DNA from: Alphaproteobacteria bacterium | GTDB taxonomy: Bacteria; Pseudomonadota; Alphaproteobacteria; UBA828 | Length of the DNA stretch: 64,000 nucleotides | Direction: 5' to 3' | Assembly: GCA_963422645.2 (NCBI GenBank) | Contig: CAXXVO010000008.1 | Span: 512,001 to 576,000, forward strand | Part shown: positions 30,257-40,022 of the stretch, piece after piece | Position numbering within the stretch: position 1 is the first letter of the stretch | Layout of the letters: each line of letters begins with the position of its first letter | Notes under the pieces: model-generated | What the model was told of the DNA's origin: nothing | Database searches by the model: none | What the model saw: only the letters and a program-made list of their open reading frames with translations | Translations under genes and position numbers: made by a program

Positions 30257-31198
30257 CTATTCGTCGAGGCCCATCAGGGCCGCGGCGAAGGCACGGGCCT
30301 CGAAGGGGCGCAGGTCGTCGATCCCTTCGCCGATGCCGATTGCGACCACCGGCACGCCGAAGCGCCGCGCCAAGGCCACCAGCACACCGCCCTTCGCCGT
30401 GCCGTCGAGTTTGGTCATCACCAAGCCATCGACGGCGATGGCCTCGCGAAAGACATCGACCTGATTGAGCGCGTTCTGGCCGGTGGTGGCGTCGAGCACC
30501 AGAAGGCGGCTGTGCGGCGCGCGGGGATCGAGTTTCTTGAGCACGCGGTCGATCTTCTGCAGCTCGGCCATCAGGTGCGCCTTGTTCTGCAGCCGGCCGG
30601 CGGTATCGATCAGGAGCACGTCGATCCCTTCCGCTCGCGCGCGCTCGAGCGCGTCGAAGGCGAGGCCGGCGGGATCGCCCCCGTCCTGGCGGGCGACGAC
30701 GGGCGCGCCTGCGCGCTCGCCCCAGACCGTGAGCTGCTCCACGGCGGCGGCGCGAAAGGTATCGCCCGCGACCAGCATGACGCGCTTCCCGTCGCGGCTG
30801 AGACGCTGGGCGAGCTTGCCGATTGTGGTCGTCTTGCCCGTGCCGTTGACGCCGGCCACCAGGATCACGTGGGGTTTGGCGTCGTCGTCGATCGTTAGCG
30901 TCCCCTCGACCGGCGCCAGCAGGTCGGCAATCTGGTCGGCGAGCGCCTGGCGCACCTCGGCGGCGGTCACTTCCTTGCCGAAGCGCTGCTGGGCGAGCTC
31001 CGCCGTGAGCTCGGCCGCCGTTGCCGCGCCGAGATCGCCGGCGATGAGCAGCTCTTCGAGCTCTTCGAGCGCGTCGTCGTCGAGCCGGCGGCCGGTGAAG
31101 ATGGCCCCGATGCCGCCGGTGAGGTTGTTCGAGGTTCGCCTGAGGCCAGCCTTGAGGCGCGCGAACAGGCCGCGCCCGCCGCCGTCTTCGCGCGCCAT
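30257..31198 (-). CDS. ftsY: Signal recognition particle receptor FtsY
   Basis: GVNGTGKTTTIGKLA, DTFRAAA, DTAGRLQ, TKLDGTAKGG. Confidence 0.96.
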   Translation of the reverse strand: MAREDGGGRGLFARLKAGLRRTSNNLTGGIGAIFTGRRLDDDALEELEELLIAGDLGAATAAELTAELAQQRFGKEVTAAEVRQALADQIADLLAPVEGTLTIDDDAKPHVILVAGVNGTGKTTTIGKLAQRLSRDGKRVMLVAGDTFRAAAVEQLTVWGERAGAPVVARQDGGDPAGLAFDALERARAEGIDVLLIDTAGRLQNKAHLMAELQKIDRVLKKLDPRAPHSRLLVLDATTGQNALNQVDVFREAIAVDGLVMTKLDGTAKGGVLVALARRFGVPVVAIGIGEGIDDLRPFEARAFAAALMGLDE

Positions 31199-32445
31199 CA
31201 GGCCGCGGTCCCGATCAGACGATCGCCTGCCACGCCGGTGATGCGCGCCTGCACCAGGGCGCCGGGCTCGCCTGCCGGCCGGCCGAACGCGACCTCGGCG
31301 AAGCACTCGTCGCGTCCGTTCGCGGGCTTTTCAAGCAATACCCGGCTGTCGCGGCCGATGCGCCCTTCCAGGAAGTGCCGGCGCGGGCCTTCCGCAGCCC
31401 GCCGCAGCGCTGCGGCGCGGGCGCGGCGCTCGGGCCCCGGCACCTGCGGCATGCGCGTCGCCGGCGTGCCTGGGCGGGGCGAATAGGGAAAGACGTGGAG
31501 CCAGACCAGCCCCGCGTCTTCGATCAGGCGCCGCGTATTCTCGAACATCGCCGGCGTTTCGGTGGGAAAGCCCGCGATCAGGTCGGCGCCGAAGGCGATC
31601 TCCGGCCGGAGCGCACGCAGCCGCTCACACAGCGTCAGCACGTCAGCACGGCTGTGGCGGCGCTTCATCCGCTTGAGCACCATGTCGTCGCCCGCCTGGA
31701 CGCTGAGGTGCAGGTGCGGCATCAAGCGCGGCTCCTCGGCGAAGAGCCGCTCCAGCGCCGGGTCGACCTCCACCGGGTCTATGGAGGAAAGCCTGAGCCG
31801 CGGCAGCTCCGGCACCGCCTGGAGCAGGCGGCGCACCGCCTCGCCGAGGCGCGGCCGGCCCGGCAGGTCGGCGCCGTAATGGCCGAGATCAACGCCGCTC
31901 AGCACCACCTCGCGGTGGCCGGCCGCAACCAGCGCCCGCACCTCGGCCGCGATGGCGCCCAGCGGCACGCTCCGGCTTGGCCCCCGGGCGAAGGGGATGA
32001 TGCAGAAGGTGCAGCGATGGTCGCAGCCGTTCTGCACCTGGACGAAGGCGCGCGAGCGCGCCTCGTAGCCCGCGATCAGATGGCCGGCGGTCTCGCGCAC
32101 CGCCATGATGTCGCCGACCGCCACGCGCTCTTCCGCATCGGGCGCCAGCCCCTCCAGCGTGAGCTTCTCGCGGTTACCGACGACCCGGTCGACCTCGGGC
32201 ATCGCGGCGTAGCCTGCGGGGTCGAGCTGGGCGGCGCAGCCGGTGGCGATGATGGTTGCGTCGGGGTTGTGCCGCCTGGCGCGGCGGATCGCCTGGCGTG
32301 CCTGGCGCTCGGCCTCGCCCGTGACCGCACAGGTGTTGACGATGATGCCTTCGGTCAGGCCGGCAGCGCGCGCCCGGGCGCGCATGACCTCCGACTCGTA
32401 GGCGTTGAGCCGGCAGCCCATGGTGATGACCTCGAGCCCGCTCAT
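31198..32445 (-). CDS. mtaB: tRNA t6A37 methylthiotransferase MtaB
   Basis: GCRLNAYES, NTCAVT, CDHRCTFC radical SAM motif. Confidence 0.93.
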   Translation of the reverse strand: MSGLEVITMGCRLNAYESEVMRARARAAGLTEGIIVNTCAVTGEAERQARQAIRRARRHNPDATIIATGCAAQLDPAGYAAMPEVDRVVGNREKLTLEGLAPDAEERVAVGDIMAVRETAGHLIAGYEARSRAFVQVQNGCDHRCTFCIIPFARGPSRSVPLGAIAAEVRALVAAGHREVVLSGVDLGHYGADLPGRPRLGEAVRRLLQAVPELPRLRLSSIDPVEVDPALERLFAEEPRLMPHLHLSVQAGDDMVLKRMKRRHSRADVLTLCERLRALRPEIAFGADLIAGFPTETPAMFENTRRLIEDAGLVWLHVFPYSPRPGTPATRMPQVPGPERRARAAALRRAAEGPRRHFLEGRIGRDSRVLLEKPANGRDECFAEVAFGRPAGEPGALVQARITGVAGDRLIGTAA

Positions 32446-33263
32446 GCCGGCAGCACGCTCGTGAAGCTCGCGGCGGTGGGGCCGGTCATCTCGACGTGGC
32501 CGTCCTCGCGCCAGACGATCCCCAACTCGCCCCCGTCTAGGACGACTGTAACGCTGCGCCCGGTGAGCGCCCGCCGCGCAGCCGCGACCGCCGCGGCGCA
32601 GGCGCCGGTGCCGCAAGCCTGGGTGAGGCCCACGCCCCGCTCCCACACGCGGAGCCTGAGACGGTCATCGGCAATGCGCTGGGCGACACCGATATTGGCG
32701 CGCTCGGGGAAGAGCGGATCGGTCTCCAGCCGTGGGCCGATCTCGGCCAGCGGCACGGCCTCCGCATCGTCGACGAAGAACACCGCGTGCGGGTTGCCCA
32801 TGTTGACCGCAACGGCGTCCGAGAGCGGCCCGGCGCCGATCGCGACGTGGAGCGTGTCCATCGCGCGGGCCAGGGGGATCTCACGCCAGTCGAGACGCGC
32901 CGGCACCATATCGACGCGCACCTGGCCTGCGCCAGCCTCGTGCGCTGCGAGCGGCCCGGCATCGGTCTCCAGGATCACGCGGTCCTCGCCTGTCTCGTCC
33001 AGCAGCAGCCGGGCTGCGCAGCGGGTGCCGTTGCCGCAGGCCGCAACCTCGCCGCCGTCCTGGTTCCAGAAGCGCAGGTAGGCGTCGGTGCCGCCCTTGC
33101 GCGGCGCCTCCAGGACCACCAGCTGATCGCAACCGACGCCGGTGCGTCGGTCGGCGATGGTGCGCACTTGCGCAGCGTCGAGCGCCATCGGCGCACGGCG
33201 TGCGTCGAACACGACGAAGTCGTTGCCGAGCCCGTGCATCTTGGTGAAGGGAGGCCCCGTCAT
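32442..33263 (-). CDS. dapF: Diaminopimelate epimerase
   Basis: KMHGLGNDF, CGNGTRC, NMGNPH, ERGVG.T.ACGTG. Confidence 0.96.
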   Translation of the reverse strand: MTGPPFTKMHGLGNDFVVFDARRAPMALDAAQVRTIADRRTGVGCDQLVVLEAPRKGGTDAYLRFWNQDGGEVAACGNGTRCAARLLLDETGEDRVILETDAGPLAAHEAGAGQVRVDMVPARLDWREIPLARAMDTLHVAIGAGPLSDAVAVNMGNPHAVFFVDDAEAVPLAEIGPRLETDPLFPERANIGVAQRIADDRLRLRVWERGVGLTQACGTGACAAAVAAARRALTGRSVTVVLDGGELGIVWREDGHVEMTGPTAASFTSVLPA

Positions 33264-33344
33264 GGGTGGGGTTATAGCCCGGAATTCCTGCTCGGTCGCG
33301 GCTCGCGTGGCCTCCAGGCGGCGGAGGACGGACAAAGGGCCGCC

Positions 33345-34232
33345 TCAGCGGTCGGCGAGGAAGGCCAGGATCTCCCGCGCGCACTCCTCCGGCGCCTCCT
33401 CGGGCAGGAAGTGGCCGCAGTCGAGCGCGCGGCCCTGCACATCCTCGGCCCGCTCGCGCCAGCTCTCCAGCACGTCGAGCGAGCCGCCGGTCTGCCAGCC
33501 GGGGCGCCGGGCCATGTCGCCGGCCCAGAGCATCAGCATCGGACAGGCGATCTTGCGGCTCCGGTCCGCCTCGTCGTGAACGAGGTCGAGCGCGATGGCG
33601 CGGTAATCCAGGCACATGCAGCGCAGCGTCTCGGGATCGCTGAAGCAGCGGAGATACTCGGCATAGGCCTCGGGCACGATCGCGCCCTCGACGCCGGTCC
33701 AGTGCTCAAGCAGAAAATCCAGGAAGAGCTTCGGGCTGTTGCCGATCAGCGTTTCGGGGAAGGGCGCGGGCTGACGCATCAGGTGCCAGTGGAAGAAGGA
33801 GAACGCGAGGTCGCCGTCCATGTTCTCGAAGACCGCCTGGGAGGCCACCACGTCGAGCGAGGTGAAGGTGCGGACCTGCGCGGGGTGGTCGAGCGCCATG
33901 CGATGGCCAACGCGGGCGCCGCGGTCGTGGCCCACCACGTGGAAGCGATCGAAGCCCAGCGCCGCCATCACCTCGACCTGGTCTTGCGCCGAGGCACGCT
34001 TGCAGTGGTCGTCTAGATCGTCGGAGGCGGGCTTGCCGCTGTCGCCGTAGCCGCGCAGGTCGGGCGCCACCACCGTGTAGTGCTGGGCGAATTGCGGCGC
34101 CACCTTGTGCCACATAACGTGATTCTGCGGGTAGCCGTGGAGCAGCAGCAGCGGCGGGCCCTCGCCGCCTTTCACCAGATTGATGGCGACGGACGAGGTC
34201 TCGATCCGGGTCTTCGTGAAGCCCTCGAACAT
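33345..34232 (-). CDS. Haloacetate/fluoroacetate dehalogenase-like alpha/beta hydrolase
   Basis: HGYPQ, GHDRGARV, FHW, DYRA, CGHFLPEE. Confidence 0.85.
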   Translation of the reverse strand: MFEGFTKTRIETSSVAINLVKGGEGPPLLLLHGYPQNHVMWHKVAPQFAQHYTVVAPDLRGYGDSGKPASDDLDDHCKRASAQDQVEVMAALGFDRFHVVGHDRGARVGHRMALDHPAQVRTFTSLDVVASQAVFENMDGDLAFSFFHWHLMRQPAPFPETLIGNSPKLFLDFLLEHWTGVEGAIVPEAYAEYLRCFSDPETLRCMCLDYRAIALDLVHDEADRSRKIACPMLMLWAGDMARRPGWQTGGSLDVLESWRERAEDVQGRALDCGHFLPEEAPEECAREILAFLADR

Positions 34233-34255
34233 GTTCAGATCTTCCGTCTGCAACG

Positions 34256-35077
34256 TCACTGCCGCCCTTCGGCGTTCTCGCCGCGCGCGTTCAACAGGGT
34301 TGGATCGGCGCCGCCTCGCAGCAGCGCAGTAGCGGCCTTGCGATCTTCGCTCCCGACCAGATGCAAGGGGGTGTTGCCGCCGACGGGATCCCGCGCATTG
34401 GGGTCCGCCCCCGCCTTCAGCAGTCTCCGGATCACGTCTGTGTCCCCGGCCATGGCCGCATGGTGGAGCAGCGTGTACCCCTCCGCGTCCCGCGTGTTGG
34501 GATCCACACCGCCAGCGATCATCGCGATGGCAACGCGGGCTCGGCCGTCCTGCAACGCGATCTTCGCAGCATGGCCAACATTCGCACCCGCCTCGATCAG
34601 CGCGGCTGCGGCCCTCGGATCGCACGCAAAGCTCAGCGGTGGGCCCGAATGGAAGTCTTCGTAGTGATAGGGCCCGTCATCGCCCGCAAATATGCCGCGC
34701 TCATCATAGTGCGCATGACGCTCGCCCTCGCTTGCGAAGTTCCCGGAGAACACCTTTTCCCTGTTCGGGTCTGCGCCGCCCTTCAAGAGCGCGGCTATCG
34801 TCTTAAGTTTGGTCGATCGTATGTTGTACTTTTGCTTGCCCCGCGCCATGTCGCGTGGGCACATCAGATGATGCAATGGTGTATTGCCACCATCCAGGTG
34901 AACGTCTGGCGAGGCACCTCCCTTCAATAGCTCGGATACGACCCTTGCCGCGCGCGCATCTTCTCGGGGGCTGAAAAACTCTATTGCCGTGAAGAGCGGG
35001 GTTCTCGAACCGACTGCCGTCAGGTTCGGATTCGCACCGCCTTCGATTAACTTCGCGACCAGAATAGGCAATTCTTT
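34256..35077 (-). pseudogene. Ankyrin-repeat lipoprotein, 3' part (gene interrupted by IS66 element)
   Basis: Several G.TPLH / LL..GADPN repeats; joins 37870-38288 in frame once the IS and one TSD are removed. Confidence 0.88.
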
Positions 35078-35162
35078 GTAACTACCCAGGTACCCCAATC
35101 CTGAGTTGAGGACGGTGATTATGGCGGCGGCCGCGGCCTGGTTCTGCCACCGCGATTGGTTC

Positions 35163-35221
35163 TTGACCTCATAGAGTTGCGGGACTATGGACCGCTCTCT
35201 CGCGTGACGGGAGCGGTCCAT
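35163..35221 (+). promoter_or_regulatory. Candidate IS promoter (TTGACC-N17-TATGGA) and hairpin sequestering the MTase RBS/ATG
   Basis: ATGGACCGCTCTC (35187-35199) pairs with GGGAGCGGTCCAT (35209-35221). Confidence 0.6.
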
Positions 35222-35885
35222 GGGGTATTTCGGCTCGAAGGCGACAGCAGGTCTGTGCCAAGCGCTGATTGCGCTGATGCCGCCGCACTCCGTCTACATC
35301 GAAAGCCACCTTGGGGGCGGGGCGCTGATGAAGCGCAAGCCGCCGGCCGTGCGTTCGATCGGCATCGACCGCGATGCGCAGGCGCTCGAGGCCTTCGTCT
35401 GCGACTACCCGGTCGATCTGGTTCACGGCTGTGCCCATGACTTCCTGGCCTCGTTCCCGTTCCTGGGCCCGGAGCTGGTTTACAGCGATCCGCCCTATCT
35501 GCACGCGACCCGCCGCTCGGCGCAGCGCTACCGCTTCGAGTACGAGGAGGCCGGCCACGTCGCGCTTCTCGCGCTGCTCAAGGCTCTGCCCTGCCAGGTC
35601 ATGATCTCGGGCCATCCGTCGGCGCTCTATGACGAGGTGCTGGCGGGATGGCGCCGGCTGGCGCTGCAGGTCACGACCCAGGGTCTGGTGCGAACCGAGG
35701 TCGTCTGGTTCAACTACGCCCCCGACCGGATGCATTGGGCCAGCCACGCAGGCCGGAACTTCACCGACCGCCAGCGCATCAAGCGCAAGGCAGCCAACTG
35801 GGGCCGGCGCTACCAGGCCTTGCCGCCGGGCGAACGCCTCGCCGTGCTCGCCGCCATGATGGCCGTCGAGGCCGAAGACACGTGA
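35220..35885 (+). CDS. Dam-like N6-adenine DNA methyltransferase (same protein as 21422-22087)
   Basis: Identical 221-aa translation; DPPY motif. Confidence 0.88.
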   Translation: MGYFGSKATAGLCQALIALMPPHSVYIESHLGGGALMKRKPPAVRSIGIDRDAQALEAFVCDYPVDLVHGCAHDFLASFPFLGPELVYSDPPYLHATRRSAQRYRFEYEEAGHVALLALLKALPCQVMISGHPSALYDEVLAGWRRLALQVTTQGLVRTEVVWFNYAPDRMHWASHAGRNFTDRQRIKRKAANWGRRYQALPPGERLAVLAAMMAVEAEDT

Positions 35886-37645
35886 CGGTGTCGCACTGGC
35901 ACGAAGACCTCGCCGCCCGTAACGAGGCCTTCTGCTGCCTGAAGGAGCTTCTCGAGCCATCATCCCTCGCAACCACTGTCGTCGTTGCCGTCCGGGAATG
36001 GGGGCAGGGGCTGCTGCGATCAGCCACCGCGCTCGCCCGGGAAAATGCCGCACTCGAGCAGGAGAACGCGGCCCTGCGCGAGCGCATCGCCGAACTCGAG
36101 CGCAGCGCGGCCCTCAACAGCACCACAAGCAGCAAGCCCCCCGCCAGCGACGGGCTCAAGAAGAAAAGCGGAGCCCAGAGGCGCACCCAAAGCCAGCGCG
36201 GAAAGTCCGGCGGGCCCAGTGGCGGCCAGCCCGGCCACAAGGGAACCACCCTCGCGCGGAGCGACAGCCCGGACCGTGTCGTCGATCACCACCCCTCCAC
36301 CTGTTCCGGCTGTGGCGTCGAGCTCTCGGACGCCGACCGGCAAGGCGCGCCCGCCTGTCGGCAGGTCTTCGACGTACCCGAGCCGCAGCCTCTCGAGGTC
36401 ACCGAACACCGCGCCCATCGCTGCCTCTGCGGCGCATGCGGCACGCTGACACGAGCCGCCTTCCCGCCGGGCGTCACCGCCCCGGTCCAGTACGGCCCTC
36501 GCATCACCGCTTGGGTGAGTTACCTGCTGTACGCCCAGTTCGTGCCCGAGAAGCGTCTGGCCGAACTCATGAGCGACATCTTCGCGGTGTCCATCTCCAC
36601 TGCCACGATCGCCGCCATGGGCCGGCGCACAGCGCAGCGCTTCGAGGGCTTCCTCGACCATGTCGCCGATCTGATCCGCACGCAGGCGCCGGTCAAGCAC
36701 CTCGACGAGACCGGCCTGCGTATCGCCGCCCGTACCCGCTGGCTCCATGTGCTGTGCACCCCGTTGCTCACCGTCCTGCGCATCGGCGAGGGACGCGGCG
36801 ATGTCGAAAAGAACCTGAAAGGCATCCTCGTCCACGACGACTTCGCCCCCTACTTCACCATCAAGGGCGTCCGCCACGGCGCCTGCAACGCACATCACCT
36901 GCGCGAACTCCAGGCCCTGATCGACATCGAGAAGGAGGAATGGGCGGCGAGCATGCACCGCCTGCTTCAGCGCGCGCTCAGCGGGTACGTCCAGGATCTC
37001 GGGCGCGGGCATCAGCCCTCGCCCTCGTCGAGGCCTGCGTCGCCGGAGAGGCGGGCGGAGAATGCGGTGCGGCGGAGGCGGCGGGCGATGCGGTCTGCGT
37101 TCATGTCCTCCCAGAGCTGGCGCTCGTCGAGCGCGGCACGGAAGAAGCAGCCGACGGCGGAACTCAGGAGGGAAGTCAGGGACCTCCAGGATGTCCGCGA
37201 CATCGTCAGGGCCAGCCGCAGGGAGACGCCCAAGCACTGCCGGGCCGGCGACCTCGACGAAGCCGAGCAGCTCGATGCCTTGCCCGCGCGCGAGCGCCTC
37301 CTCCTCGACGTCATCCGGATGATCGCCTACCGCGCCGAAACCCGCATGATGCTTCCCGTCATGCAGGCGCAGGGCCACAAGCCCCATCCCCGGAAACTGC
37401 TTCAAGCGCTGCTCACCGCCGATGCCGACATCCTGCCGGATCCTGGCAATGGCCTCCTGCGGGTCCACATTCTTGGCCTCGCAAACGACGCCTGCGACCG
37501 TTGGATCGATGCGGTTCTGAGCGACCTGAACGCCACCGAAACGGTCTTCCCCGGCACCCGTCTGCGCATAGTCTACGACATCGACGGGGCCTCGGAATCC
37601 GCGCGGCTCGTGTCACCTAAAATCAGCAGAGGTCAGGAAGTCTGA
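35882..37645 (+). pseudogene. IS66 TnpC truncated at 36977 and fused in frame to a foreign segment ending in another transposase-like C-terminus
   Basis: Matches copy 1 up to 36977; lacks the TNNEAER segment; 667-bp insert replaces 383 bp. Confidence 0.8.
37160..37645 (+). mobile_element. 3' end of an unrelated putative transposase/IS (unclassified)
   Basis: D.IRMIAYRAET...ADILPD...LN.TET.FPGT.LR.VY, ending GQEV* exactly at the junction (GGTCAGGAAGTCTGA); family recognised from memory; left boundary approximate. Confidence 0.55.
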
Positions 37646-37869
37646 TCCTGCAAATCCTGGCGCACCCGGAACCGATGCAGCTGATCCCTATACTGCGCTC
37701 CTGAACTTCTCCGGCTCATCCTGAGTATCGCTGTCCTCTCATCTTGTTCGCGACGCGGCGTTCATCATCCTCTCGCGCTCAAGAGAGTAGGCACCCCCGC
37801 GGCGTGGGGGCGTTGACGCAAAAGGAACTGGCTTGTTCCATAAGAGAGAGGGGGTACCTGGGCAGTTAC

Positions 37870-38288
37870 AATTCTTTGTCGCTGCTATTGCACTTGAGGA
37901 CTCTGTGCAAGGCGGAATCGCCTCCTTTCCATTCCTTTTCGCGTCGATTGGGGTTCGCGCCGGCCTTAAGTATAATGTCCACAACTTGTAGAGTATCCGG
38001 TGTTAACTCTCTGCAGACATGGACGTGAAGAGGGGTACGTCCCAGCTTGCCATGAACATTCGGATTCGCGCCGTCCTTCAGCGCAACATGCACCATCATG
38101 GGATTGCTGTCGGTACTCAACACGCGTTTCTCAGGTCCGCTCAGCTTGACCTTTGAATACAAGCCACCCACGGGCGCCGCACAGGCGGCGAGAGAAAGGG
38201 CGGCAAGAAGAGCTAATGGCGTTGCACGCGTTGCAAGAACCCTCATTGCCCCATCGTGTGTGCGCTGCATGTATTTCCTCCTGGACAC
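37870..38288 (-). pseudogene. Ankyrin-repeat lipoprotein, 5' part
   Basis: Lipobox LAAC; GANPN and GRTPLH repeats; start uncertain (38288/38270/38246). Confidence 0.85.
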
Positions 38289-38365
38289 TCAGGTCACGTC
38301 ACCAATGCACAGGCCGCCCACACCCTTATGGCCGCGGGGACGGCCCCAACGGGTCTGCCGGTGCA

Positions 38366-38380
38366 GCATAGCAGCTATGC
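38366..38380. promoter_or_regulatory. Palindromic site upstream of DUF1127 gene (candidate regulator site)
   Basis: GCATAGC-A-GCTATGC perfect inverted repeat. Confidence 0.4.
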
Positions 38381-38499
38381 CGGTCGGTGGGGTTCGGTCG
38401 CGCCACGGCCGGACACATATCGGAAGCAGGAAGGGTGTGTGGCTGGCCCGGCATGGGCGCCGGAACACCGGTGACACTCCGGGAACAGGAGGTGAGGAC

Positions 38500-38685
38500 A
38501 TGGACCTTACACCCATCACCCGAACGGTCCGGAAATGGCGGGAGCGTAGCCGTCCGCGGCACGAGCTCCAGCGCCTGAGCGATCTCCAGCTTGCCGATAT
38601 CGGGCTAAGCCGAGGCGACATCGACGCGGTGGTGCGCGGCGACATGGTGCGCGCGCGGCCGACCGGCTTCTATGAGGCTCGGTAA
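38500..38685 (+). CDS. DUF1127 small protein
   Basis: 61 aa; R..R.EL..LSD.QL.DIGL.R.DI signature; GAGG RBS. Confidence 0.88.
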   Translation: MDLTPITRTVRKWRERSRPRHELQRLSDLQLADIGLSRGDIDAVVRGDMVRARPTGFYEAR

Positions 38686-38692
38686 TGAGGGA

Positions 38693-38722
38693 GCCGGGGC
38701 CGGCCTCCGGGTCGGCCCCGGC
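38693..38722 (+). terminator. GC-rich stem-loop after DUF1127 gene
   Basis: GCCGGGGCCGGCC-TCCG-GGTCGGCCCCGGC; no U-tract. Confidence 0.5.
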
Positions 38723-38799
38723 ACCTCGCCTCACATTGAATTTGGCACCATTACGCGCTGAGCGATACTCGCCGGCGGGGTTGGTCCGGAACTGTCTTC

Positions 38800-39936
38800 A
38801 TGCCTACGGTTCTTCAAGTCCTGCCGCGTCTCGGAGGCGGTGGAGGTGTGGAACGCGGAACGCTCGACATCTCTCGCGCGCTAACCGGTGCCGGCTGGCG
38901 CTCCATCATCGTGAGTGAGGACGAGACCGACCGGGCCGCCGCTGCCGAAGTCGGTGCCCGTCACGCGGCGCTGCCGGTGGCGCGCTGTAACCCCCTGAAG
39001 GCGCCGGGTGCGATCCGGCGCTTCGTGCGTCTGATCGCCGAGGAGGAGGTCGATCTCGTCCACGCCCGCTCGCGCTGGCCGGCCTGGCTAGCCTGCTACG
39101 CAGCGCGGCAGACGGGCCGGCCATTCGTCACGACCTTCCACGGTTCTTACTCCGCGGACTGGCCGGGAAAACGGCGCTACAACGCGATCATGACGCGGGG
39201 CGACCGCGTCATCGCGGTCTCAGCGTTCATCGCCCGACACATCGCCGAAACCTATGCCGTCGAGCCCGGCAGGATCAGGACCATCCCGCGCGGCGTGGAT
39301 CTTTCCGCTTTCGACCCGTCGCGCGTGGACGACGGGCGCATCGCCGCTCTGCGTGCTGCGTGGCAGGTGCCGGCAGGCCGGCCAGTGGTGATGCTTCCGG
39401 GGCGGCTTACCGCTCTGAAGGGGCATTTCGATCTCCTGGACGCGTTGGCGCGAGTCGAGACCCGCGTTTGCTGTGTTCTGGTCGGCGCCTCAGACCCGGG
39501 GCACGCGGGCTATCGCGCCCGCATCGAGCAGCGGATCGAAGCGCTGGGCACCACGCACACCGTCCTGCTCGCCGGCCCGTGCCACGACATGCCGGCGGCC
39601 TACATGCTGGCCGATGCCGTGGTCTCGCCGTCGCTCCGGCCCGAAGCGTTCGGCCGCGTCCCCGCCGAGGCGCAGGCCATGGGGCGGCCCGTCATCGCGT
39701 TCGCCCATGGCGGCGCCCTGGAAACCGTGCGTAACGAAGAGACCGGGTGGCTGGTGCCGCCCGGCGATGCGGGTGCGCTGGCATACGCTATACGCGAGGC
39801 GCTGCGCGCAAGCCCCGCCGAGCGCGACCAGATGGCCGCGGCAGGCCAGGCCCATGTGCGCCAAAACTTCACGCTCGAGCGGATGTGCAGCGCGACCCTC
39901 GATGTCTACCGGGAGCTGCTGCCCGCCTCATCGTGA
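38800..39936 (+). CDS. Glycosyltransferase family 4
   Basis: GGVERGT, HARSR, PEAFGR...EAQAMG.PV. Confidence 0.9.
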   Translation: MPTVLQVLPRLGGGGGVERGTLDISRALTGAGWRSIIVSEDETDRAAAAEVGARHAALPVARCNPLKAPGAIRRFVRLIAEEEVDLVHARSRWPAWLACYAARQTGRPFVTTFHGSYSADWPGKRRYNAIMTRGDRVIAVSAFIARHIAETYAVEPGRIRTIPRGVDLSAFDPSRVDDGRIAALRAAWQVPAGRPVVMLPGRLTALKGHFDLLDALARVETRVCCVLVGASDPGHAGYRARIEQRIEALGTTHTVLLAGPCHDMPAAYMLADAVVSPSLRPEAFGRVPAEAQAMGRPVIAFAHGGALETVRNEETGWLVPPGDAGALAYAIREALRASPAERDQMAAAGQAHVRQNFTLERMCSATLDVYRELLPASS

Positions 39937-40022
39937 TCTGGCCGGCGCTGGCTGGACAAGCGCGTGCAGGCGCCCGACACTCCGGTGCGCCAGGGGAGTC
40001 TGAATGCACGCGGGGCGGGGAC

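Larger units (their letters stand above)
35078..37869 (+). mobile_element. IS66-family MTase-carrying element, copy 2 (internally rearranged), 8-bp TSD AATTCTTT
   Basis: IRs at 35078 and 37869; AATTCTTT at 35070-35077 and 37870-37877. Confidence 0.93.

Noticed and set aside
35648-35881. Programmed frameshift fusing MTase and TnpC
   Set aside because: No slippery sequence seen; the GTGA stop/start overlap explains the arrangement more simply.
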